Shown here piece after piece: positions 1 through 10,600 of a stretch of 64,000 bases of DNA. Each line of letters begins with the position of its first letter. Position 1 is the first letter of the stretch. Location of the stretch: positions 186,001-250,000 of the forward strand of contig BQFW01000001.1 of the NCBI GenBank assembly GCA_020891255.1, read 5' to 3'. Origin of the DNA: Entomortierella parvispora E1425. Its lineage: Eukaryota; Fungi; Mortierellomycota. Both the position numbers and the translations under genes were made by a program. Under the pieces are notes generated by a model. That model was not told where the DNA came from. It did no database searches and was given only the letters and a program-made list of their open reading frames with translations.

Positions 1-385
1 ACCCAAATCGCAAGGGCTAGCGAGACGAGAGTCAGCCAATGGATACTATCCAGCTGCTCGCATTCATCCATCCTAATTGGATGCAGGACCATTGGCGATC
101 AATTTGTCAGTCGCTATCATCAACACCAGAACCTCAACCTCAAGACTTGTAACGTGAAGGCCTAGCCACGGATACCACCCCACCATCCGTCATCCTGCCC
201 CCCGCATCCTCATCGGATATATGCGGAATCAGAGATTCTCCTGTTTCTCGATATCGTCAACGCAAAAATTTTGAAATCCAGTAAGAGGGCACCGCTCATT
301 CATCATACATTCAAGAAACATCATTAGATGCAAGAATCTGGGCGTCATCTTATTACAGTCGCCGCTCAGTCCCACTTAGCCGGGA
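1..385 (+). repeat. Paralog of the NLR 3' flank (matches ~48880-49270 and ~58820-59000)
   Basis: ccaaatcgcaaggg...cattcatcca(t/c)ctaattggat...cattggcgat and catcatacattca...gaatctgggcgtcat recur downstream of both NLR genes. Confidence 0.85.
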
Positions 386-1014
386 TCCGGCAACATAAGA
401 TCACCACAATGGATCCCACTCAAACATCAAACAACAGCCCTCTATACCTCGACATGGGACGAAAAGCCATCAATTGGGCCATTACCACCGTCACTAATCA
501 ACAATCATGAACGTACACGGTATGAAGTGCCGCTCCACGAGAGGTCTCGCTTTGAAATCAACTACCTTAATCTACAGCAGCTATCACTGTCTCTATACAA
601 TTGTGGATGGCTCTCCGACGACAATCATTAGACATTAAGGAATAGCCAGACAAAGCCCAAGTTAGACACTGCTGTTATTGTCTTGCCTTCATCTTTGTAT
701 ATACTGAAACATCAAATTGAGCTACTCCACCCACCGGCATTTTCACATTCTGTAGACACAGAGCGGACAACAAGATGCAGAGGTAAGGTCCCTCATCTGG
801 TATCAACGCATCAACGCTGCTTCCTCTACAGTTGAATTCTAGAAGCGCGATGAGAGCCGAGAAAGACCATAGAGGATACCATCTCTTCGGATAGGACAGC
901 CCACCCACAAGAAACGAAAACAAGGATCAGAACAAAAGAGATGCAAAAGAGAAAAAAAAATCAGCAGTCTGCCAACGGGGCTTTGATGTCTCGACAACTC
1001 TTCACTCTTTGTTT

Positions 1015-3742
1015 GCACACAGAGAACGGAATGGACTCTTTGCCTTCTAATCTTCAAACTCACTCTTGTCTCCCTAGCGATTGGGTCAATTGACACCATA
1101 CATTTGGTAAAACCATCAGGGCTTTATGAAAGATCTACAATAGATGATGAATGAAAAGATGATAAAGATTCTCTATCCCTCAAACTGATATGATCTGTCA
1201 GTTCGCACGGAAAGTGGCTGGCAATGGACAGATGATGTTTGCACGGGCACAGGTATAATGAAGGAGATGGGTCGGTGAAAGACAGAAAGAGACAGCTTTG
1301 AATCTGGGTGGCAGTTGTTGGCCCTTTCAGCGGCCCTTGCAGCCAATGGAAACCAGGCCAGTGGCACAACGATCTGCAATAGATGAAGTGGATCAGAGAG
1401 GAGGGGACAGGCAGGATGAACCATATTGTATGAAGATGATAGATGGATGCGTTGGCTCAGAAGAATGAGGGCCAGAGGTCCACAGGACCAGAAGGACAAA
1501 GAAGGACAAAGCAGGACAAAGAAGGCAAAAAAAAAAAACGGGCTCTTTTCTTTGATCTTTGGGCGAAGCGCGTCCTCTTTGGTGTTCATTCTCCCCATGC
1601 TTCCATTCCATCTCTGCATCCCTCCATCCTTCTTCCAGCATTCCATTCCTTCAAGCGCATGCATGCACATTTGATTTACATTCACTCCATCACTCCATCT
1701 CTCGGTCATTGACTCGATGCATCTCTAGATTCTCGTGCCCTGGCGCGTTTAACACTGGTGCAGACTACTGAGGTCCAAAAGAGCTGATCTCATTCACAGT
1801 GATTGCCTTGGATGACTTATTCCCTTTCAGACAAGATCATTCACACATGAGGTCAACTTTAGTAGCGGGACAAATGGTCTACTGTTTATTCATCACCAAC
1901 TTGTAAAGTAGTTCCCTTTTTTTTTTTTTTGAAGTCTTTTTTTTTTGGTCAGAATTAAAGAGAGAAAACAAGAATTTTAATAGAGAGCTATGAAAAGGAG
2001 TGCTATGGAAGTGAAGAGGGTGCTTTGGAGGAGGAAGAGAGTGACGAAAGTGCTATGGAAGTGGAAAAGAAGAGGAGAAGAGGATGCTTTGGAAAAGAAA
2101 AGGTAAGTTTCGAAGAAGAAAAATGGTTTGTGGAAGGGATAAAGTGAGTTGGCGTACCAAGTCCCCCGATGTTTGTTATAGATGCTGACGACTGCGTGCC
2201 ATCACCACATCCCATCGGGGATCAAGGATTTGTGGAAGAAACAAAAGAGCAGTACCAAGTCCCCGATGTTCGCTGACGACTCTGGGCCATCACCTCATCA
2301 CATCGGCATCATGGATTACCGCCCACTATCCTAACTACACTAGGGCTAAACTAACTAGTCTAGAAGCGAAGGAAGGGGGACGGAAGAAAAGGAAGTTTTC
2401 TCTCATGATTCTTGTTTCTTGATTTCTTGTTTCTTGTTTCTTGTTTCTTGGATGGGGGGCCCGAGACCAAAGAGGGCAAGGAGGCAACTGCGTTTGAGAG
2501 GCAGGCCATGCGGTCTGGAGGGCCAAGGTCAAGTCTGAAAGCGCTAGACGACCTTGAGGCCGAGGGAGGCCGAGGCTTGGGCCGGGGCAGGGAAGCGGAC
2601 AGGCGGTCTTGTGGCCGGGGCAGATTATGAGGGCCAAGGTCAAGCCATGAGAAGGCTGACAACTTTGCGGCCGAGGCTTGAGCTTGAAAAGGCAGGCAAC
2701 CTTGCGGCCCAAGACTTGAAAGTGCAGGCAGGTTTGCGGCCCAAGACTTGAAAGGGCAGGCAGATTTGCGGCCAAAGACTTGGAAGGGCAGGAGAGGTGG
2801 GCTGAGAGATCAAGACCATTGGGACCGGGGCCAAGGAGGGCAGGACCGAAGCTGAAGAGCCGATGTCGTTGGACCGGAGACACTTGTTGCTGGCCGAGGG
2901 AAGGATGGCAGCATGGTGGTGTGTGCTTTGTGTGCTTTGTGTGCTTTGTGTGTGTGGAAGGGGAGTGAAGAGGAAATTGAGGATGAGGAGCAAAAAAAAG
3001 AGGGGAATCATGGGGGGTATTTGTATGAAAAGTGGATTGTTCGGGTGGATTCTATCTGCTATCGGTTATCGACTGCGGTCTCAAATGCGATAGCAAAGTC
3101 GGCCGGTCCGCCATAGAGAAGACAGGAGAAAGGACATCGATTGGTCCGCCATCGGCTGCGGATCCAAGAAAGATGTGATAGCGCGATAGCGACATGGCGA
3201 CATGAAGGAGGAAGGAAATCGATTGGTCCGCCATGGAGAAAACAGTCCTTGCTATCTGCTGCGGCTCCAAGAAAGATGTGATAGCGAGATAGCGACATGG
3301 CGACATGAGGGAGGGAGGAAATCGATTGGTCCGCTGAGAGGGAAGGACGGAAGACGGATAAGAGAACAACAGTCATGAAGGACGGAAGGAACGCGATTGG
3401 TTCTCCATGGACAAGGAGGAAAGATAAGCGGTAAAATGCGACGACATGGGCAGGAGGAAATAAAGGAAATGGCGAGGAAATAAGGGAAATGGTCACGGGT
3501 TATGAGAATGGATGCCTGTGGGAGAAATCAATGTGGGTGGCGCGTGGTGGACTTTGCACGGTGGAGGGAACGCGGTGGATGGTGCACTGTGGACGGTTCG
3601 CCGTGGATGGTGCGTAAAGAATGGGGACGCGTTCTGAATGTTTATGATACTTAAAAAGAAAAAAAAACAGAAAAAAAAAAAGGAAAAAAACACACTCAAA
3701 TGTATCCTTCATGACAAAATAACGCGTCGGCCCTCGTCGCGT
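1015..3742 (+). repeat. Dispersed non-coding repeat block R, copy A (direct repeat of ~59068-61783)
   Basis: Long colinear near-identity with 59068-61783. Contains T tracts, a ~95-bp duplicated stem-loop unit, three copies of a 32-bp repeat (gcaggcaggtttgcggccaaagacttggaagg) and ~100-bp repeats with atcgattggtccgcc. Homology ends at ccctcgtcgcgtc. Confidence 0.9.
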
Positions 3743-3799
3743 CCCAAGGGGATTTGTCTTACCTCCTTCCATCCAAGTCGATAGGATAAGGTAGACACC

Positions 3800-4050
3800 T
3801 TGCAACTGGCCTTTCGTACAATTACCAATTTGATCCCGCGATACCAACTCTTCAAGCCTGATCCCGCTTCCTCCGGCCCAAGTCTCGGCTTCAAGTTGAA
3901 GTCCTTCCAAGATGTGACTTTGACCACCAGACTGCCTGCCTTTTCTGGCTCAAAACTCAGCGTCCTAAAGTTGTCTGACTTCTTAGACCTGACTTTGGCT
4001 ACAAGACCACCTGCCTCCTCTGATTTAAGCCCCAGTCTCAACTGCATCTG
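3800..4050 (+). repeat. Diverged, inverted partial copy of the R arm
   Basis: ctgcctgccttttctggctcaaaactcagcgtcctaaagttgtctgacttcttagacctgactttggc aligns by eye with the reverse complement of ~2630-2705 (ttgcctgccttttcaagctcaagcctcggccgcaaagttgtcagccttctcatggcttgaccttggc). Confidence 0.6.
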
Positions 4051-7000
4051 CCGCTCAAGACAGTGGGCACAAGGAGCATGGCGTCCCCCATGCCACGATC
4101 ACTTTCAATACTGAACCAGGGCGACTAGCAGGTGCAGAAGCAGACAATTCTGAAAGCCTTGGGCTATCTTGGCTTCTTTTCCTCTTCTTGCCATAATCGT
4201 ACGGATTTGTGGCCTTGATATCATTCTTGCGTCCTTCCTTGCCTCCTTCCTTGCCTCCTTCCTTCATTCTTCCCCCCACCTCTTTCGTTTCTTCGTCGCT
4301 TCCTCATCACCATGCCCTCCTTCCACGTTGATGGCCGCCAACGTTAGTGAGCGGACGCCCTCTCGTGTCTGCAATATAGGTGTACCTCTCTTTTTCGAGA
4401 AGGGTAGCCATGGACATGCAAGATTCCATTATGGGGTCGTCAACACTCATAACCTTTCCCCGAAGCACTTGAAATACACTCTTCATTTTCAGCATCCATT
4501 TTCCCTTTTCTTTTCCGTAGCACTCCACTTCTTTCTTCCCACAGCACAAGCGCTTTATAGGATAAATTTATACCCATAAATTAAGAGACAAAAGCTTTTA
4601 TTCTAGAATATTTATTCAAGTATTGTTATACAAGGTATTGTTGAGGGCTTCGGACATACCAGAGTGGAAACCTTGAACCAACCCTCTCTTCTTTGCTCTA
4701 AGAATCGATCCAGTCTTCTTTGTTCAGATACACTTTTAAGAGGTGGGAGTAGATCTCCTCTCTCTTGTGGACGGCGCCAGGGCGACCCTGCTGGCATACG
4801 AACACGTCATGCTGGTCCAGTTGCGATCATGGTCAAGTCTCGCATGAATTGTGGCGCACGGACATGCACGATCTAGGAAAGGGGATCCCTAACCGTCAGG
4901 CCACAGGCGTTGCTGCTCATGGCCTGACGGAAGTGAGCTTTTGAATCCGCCCTTGAGATTGGCTCAATTCTGGTACAGTTCACCCCTAACTCTAACGGCT
5001 GTGACACCTTGGCATCCCTTTTTTTTTTTTTTTCATGAACAAAAGTTCAACCGTCGTTGTGTCGAACGTCTGTCACACAGAAGAGGCACTGGCTGAGTAA
5101 AAGTACCAAGGGATCGCCACGGATAAAAGGCTCAGACTTGTGGACTGACAGGGGGGAGGGGGGTCGGAGGAGGAAGGACAGCGAGATGGGTAAACTGCCT
5201 CGTTCACTCCTTCACCAAAGTTCTACGCTGACTTGTGCACTTCTCAGGTAGGACCGCCACACTCGTTCCTGCAGTTCGGGCATTGTGCATATCATGCATG
5301 CACCGAAAATTCACTCCTTCCCGCGGGGGCTGTCCAGGGAAATGAAATTATGGGTCTTGCTTTCACCCCCCCAAAGACATCGAAGACATGGACCATGGGA
5401 GGACGAGCACAATCACAGAAAAATTATTTTTGAGCATTCGGGGGGGAAGAACAAATTGAACCTGCGCAGAACCCATTGACTTTTTGTAAACAATCCACTA
5501 TTGAAAACACAACAATGCAAAAAAAGAAGGAAAGGGCAACCACCATGCAACTCTCTTTTCTGTTGTTGTCGATGCTGTGTTCGTTCGATCGTTGTTGTTT
5601 TGTTGTTCGTTGGACCGTTCACCCCTGAACTTCCTCGCGAGCACTTTTTTTTTTTTTTTTTTTTCTTTCCTTCTCAATTGATCGACCAAAAAGAAGCAAA
5701 GAACCTAACAACAGGCCGGTAGTCCGGGTGTGGAGACTCTAGCAGGGGAAGGGGATTCAAGAGGGGAGAGACACTGAGAGGAGGTCCAAAGAAGTTTAGC
5801 CACGCGTGCGTTCTAGGAGAGGGGCGCGAGCAAAAAAAAAAAGAGAGAAGAGCGAGAGCTAAAAAGAAAAAGAAAAAAGAGTGGACTCTCCGTTCGAAAG
5901 GCACAAAGGCGCATGCACGCATGGACCTAGAGAGAAAAGAATCCATGTGAATTAGTGCAGGGATGTCCATGTACCTGGGCAAGATACTTCTCTCTTACCT
6001 TTGTGAAGTCCGAGGCAGTGTGCATCCTTTGGGGGGCGCATGCGACGCAAGAGAACAATTGCACAGAAGCATTTTGATTGTGCGACGGGGAGGCGGCAGA
6101 CATGGACCGAATATTGCACAGGGGAAAAAGGGGGAGAGGCGGGCAAGTGTAAACGTGAGAGTTGTGTCAACGGTGAAGGAAGAAAATACGGTCCTGGACT
6201 GATCTGTGGCTGAGGAGAATTGCAAAGGTGGTTCGAGAGGCAGTAGCGGCCCCAAGCCCAGAACCATCTTTAAGACAGTCGCCACTAGAGTGGAGAGCTG
6301 ATGATGGAGGATATAAAAGAGGGGTTGGAGGTCTGGAGTTTTATTGTCTTTGCTGTGTCGTTTTTAGCTAATACCACCCACACGGTCCATTGGGGCCCAC
6401 GGGCCTACTGTAGAGCTATAGACAGTAAAAGGAGGAAAATAAACAACTCAGGCACACAAATCACAACAGTCGACTCGACGGTGTTCCTGTTATTGTTGGA
6501 CGCGTCTCATTTCTCGGCCGTAACCTTGTAAAAGGTACTACTCCCGTAGCAGGATCATCGACATTCAAACTTGTCGCACCACACCTGTTCACCCCTGGAA
6601 ATATCGTCCTTCCGGGTTCGTGACAAAAGCAGAGGGAAAGCAGTGCAGCTGCCCACTGGCGGGAAGAAGAATGTGGGCTAGTGGTGGCAGGTGAGGGAGA
6701 GCGCGACCAAGGACGAGGGACGGGGGGGTTGAGAACGAGAGAAACAGAGAGAGAGGAAACGCAAACAAAGGAACAAAAGAAAAAAGGGGAACAAAGTGAT
6801 GAGAAGGAAGATCATGCACAATCTCTCTCGGTCCTGAAGTCGGAACAGGGACGACGGGGATCGGAAACGCCCTTTTTTTGATCGCCTTTGGCCAGCAGAG
6901 AAACGGATCCGTCGGGGGATAGATCGTTAGCAAAGAGAAACCGCACCATGCACTGTGGGCTGTAATTTGAGAAGAAGAGGATGAGGAAGAGGAGGTCATG

Positions 7001-7675
7001 GTGCATGGTGCATGGGTCGTTGAAAAGCCTGTTCGTTGGCATTTGTTGACACACACAGCGAGGACGCGTTTCAATGGGATTTGAAATGGCAATGAGCGAG
7101 GACCAAGCACATATCATCATATCATCCGTCTGTCTCCCTCCCTGCGCCTGGCGGGACACAGCGTCGGTCGTCGTACCAACCCTTGGGCTGCATGAACAAT
7201 GAAGACAGGACGCACGAGCAAGGGGCTGTTCCACTGAAGTTGATTTGTTTAATGGCCGCAAAGAAGGAAAGGCTGGAAGGGAGGCTCGAAAAGGGTGCCT
7301 GTGCATGAACCCCCCGATGGTGCCCCATGCCCATCCATCGCATGGACCCAAGTAGACGGATGGGCACGTTCCCATGGTCATCCATGGAGTGAGGGTGTGT
7401 GTGTGTGGTGTGTGTGTGTGTGTTTGTCTCCTCCCTTCCTCTTCCTCTTGCTCCCTCTCTTCTCTCTCCTCCACACCCATTCGTCCACCCACCCCCTCCT
7501 TCATTCTTTTTTTCTTTTCACTTTCTCGTCTCTCCCCTTTCCTTCCATCCCAACCCTCCCTCTCACTCCTCCCTTGCTCGTTAATGCTTTTCTACATCCT
7601 CATTCGTTTCGTCTAATCCTCATTCCTCTGACAATTCATTCCATTTTCTCGCTGACCTCGCATCCAATCCTCAGG

Positions 7676-10600
7676 ATGTCCCTTGAACACGCCTCTCACG
7701 ATGACGGTAACAGTAACGACCACAGCGGCAGCAACGACCAGGAGTACGATAGGAGTCAAGGGGAGGATGTTCAGCAGCAACTCAGTTCACTCACAGTCGA
7801 CGCAAGTCCCCCTCCCACCTCTTCGTCGTCGTCCTCCACGACCACAGCCGCGAACGAAAATAGCAGTAGGCTCGAGCACAACGAGCCAACAACGACCACG
7901 ACCACGACGACATCAACTCCAAAAGACGACGCGACAATAAAGCCCATGATGACCTCTTCAACTCCAACGACCCCTTACACTCGGTCTTACTCAAAGAGTC
8001 TTTCGACTCCATCACAACCACATCATCCTCGCTCATCTTCTTCTAGGGCGCACCACAACAGCAACAACAGTAGCGCCAGCAATAGCAACAACACTCACCC
8101 CACCCCGCATGCGCAAAACGTACGGAGGCTGAAGACATCCATGAGTGCCTTCACTAGTATCGACCCGTCAGGCCGATTGGTGCAGCATCTACTAGGAGGC
8201 AACCAGGTCTCGCACGACCCAAGTAGCAAAGTTGACGCGTCGCCCATCTCGGTGCATGTTCGATACGTGTCGCGGGACCTGTGGGTGCGTATAGATATAC
8301 CAAGAAATATCCCTGTCAACAAAGCTCGAGATCTCATCTTGAGGCGATGTCAACTTTCCATCGCAGCACCAACAACTGCCACCAAATCAGAGCCATTGAC
8401 CTTGACCGGAGTGGCAGCGGCAGCAGCAACAGCAGCAACGACATCAACATTCGTGGATGGAGATCGGACCCCGACTTCAAGTATCAATCGACGATCGGAC
8501 GATCAGGGCGACAAAACGCCAACTGGCCGCGCCTTTCAAAGTTTCCGCAACGATGGCTCTTCTGCTGCAGGATCTGGGTCCAGCACCAAAGGTAGCGCCC
8601 CGAACTTGAGCGATCTTCAGGTGGCTCCTACCGACAAACCAAAGTCGCGGTCTCTCCGCTCAATGACCAAGGACAAGGATAAAAGAAAAGACGGTGACCT
8701 CCACCATCGGACATTGAAACAGTCACTTGGCCTTCATAGTGTCGAAAGCATCGAGAGCGAAGAAGATGGGATCCACAAGCAAGTGAACGCGGACGCTTTG
8801 CTTGCACGATATGACCTATTTACGGACAGCATCAATGGCCCAGGAGAACTTGCTAGCATTAACTACATGAGACCCGAGGGCTTTCCACTTGCACTGCCAC
8901 CCCAACAGCACAACCACCACGACGAGGCTGAGGCGAGCTCATCGTCATTTGCCTCGTTCGCAGGGGCAGCGCAGCAAAAGACACAGCAGCAGCTGAAACG
9001 GTTACTGTCCAATTCAACCATGCAGAGTAATTCACACCAGCAGCAACAACAACAGTTGGACTCAAACTCACTGCAATTTGGGACCCCCTTTGTCGGATCC
9101 CTGCCTCCACTTTCACTCACCCCCCCCGAAAGAGGTGCCCTTGGTACAAATCTAGTGAGCCCTACATCGTCTACAGCCAGCCGGATAGGTTCTCACATTC
9201 CAGGATGGAATGCATGGCGTGAGCGACATAATAGTCAGTCAGGCAACAAATATGCGATGGAGCGTGATGGACCTTTTGTCATCTCAATGGACAACGCAGA
9301 AATGATGGCAGCCTGTTATGGAGTGGATGAAGGAGAGGATGGGCGTGGAGGGGCCGTTATCTCAGGGTCGGCCACAGCTATAGGCGGAGACGATGGGGGA
9401 GCAGCGCAAGGCTCTCCTGTTAGTAGTGGACGTATTGACTGTGAAGCCTGGAGATCATCATTTGGTCTGTTCTGGGTTGCAAATGTAAGAAATCGTAACG
9501 CTGAGCCGATGAAAATGACAAGCATACGATCCGTGTTCTGACCTTTGCTCAATATCTTCTTGTCGCCAATGATTAGGGACACTGGCTCGATGACTCACGT
9601 CTTTTGAGCTCATACAACTTGCAACCTCAGGACCTACTGGAACTCCAACTTCGAAACCATTACATCCAACTACCTCCTCCAGTTGGTCAATTAAGTTACT
9701 ACGACCACTATGCAGAGGGAGTTCTGTACAAACTGTCCAAGAAGAGCCGACCTTCTAGCTTGTTGACAGGCTATCACCAGTCTCAGCAACTAAGTGCTAA
9801 AGAGTCATCCGTGCTACTCACAGCAGGAGTTTGGAAAGAGAGATGGGTTGTCCTTCAAGGAACCAAGCTATTGATATATCACAAACGAAAGGTAAGGGGA
9901 GAAGACTTGCAAAAGACATGGGAACATGACCAAGAACTAACTGTTCGAGCTCATCGATATCTATCATAGGACTCGAACAAAAAGACCATTGACCTCCCAA
10001 CACCCCTGAATGTGCATTCCCGGATGCTAGTCGTGGATTCAGCTACTGGAAAACATGGAAATGGATATCATAGCAACGCCGGCTTTGCAGTTCAACAAGC
10101 GCCTGTATCTGGGCGAGGCAGTCATTCATTCATGTCAAATACGATGATAGCCCTTACTGGGGATGATCCATCCTCGCCAAGGATCTTTCTCCGGGGTACC
10201 AGCGAACATGTAGGTTTATATATTGGGCCCGATTACTCTTTCTTGGCCATCCTCTTACCGTGCATTTGTCTATATAGGACATTCTCCATTGGGTCAGAAT
10301 CTTCGAGTCTCTTAACAGCACAGCTGCGCCGCTCACCTCATCCTTGTTCGGACATGGCCCCTCAACCAACAATCATCGACATGCCAGCTCAGTCTCTTCC
10401 TCGTCAATAGATGGTAGCAATGGTGCAAATAGTTCTCATCAGTATGGCTCTTCTACGACGGTTAAGTTTCCTGGATCTTATTCTTCCGAGCGTAAGCGAA
10501 ACCATACAGCGCACAACTTGGGCGCGAGTCACTTCCAGCCGTCGCATGTTGGAGGAAACGAAGGTTCTACTACTGAGTCAGCATCTGCCACCATGATGTC

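Noticed and set aside
2183-2290. CTGACGA in both R stem-loops resembles the hammerhead core CUGANGA
   Set aside because: No G-C stem II followed by GAAA at the required position
2290-2315. GTGATGA (C-box-like) on the minus strand of R
   Set aside because: No matching terminal CTGA D box, so not called a snoRNA
2690-2790. 32-bp and ~100-bp repeats as a possible CRISPR array, or ttgcggcca as the 5S rRNA start
   Set aside because: Units are head-to-tail without unique spacers, the context is eukaryotic, and the rest of 5S is absent
2335-3496. ORFs in block R (e.g. MSAFSWLDLGP..., MLPS.PRPAT...)
   Set aside because: Lengths and frames differ among the four copies and the 32-bp unit is not a multiple of 3; conservation is explained by DNA identity
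7295-7675. N-terminal extension of the 748-aa ORF
   Set aside because: Non-ATG start through a GT/CT-rich 5' UTR; first credible ATG is at 7676
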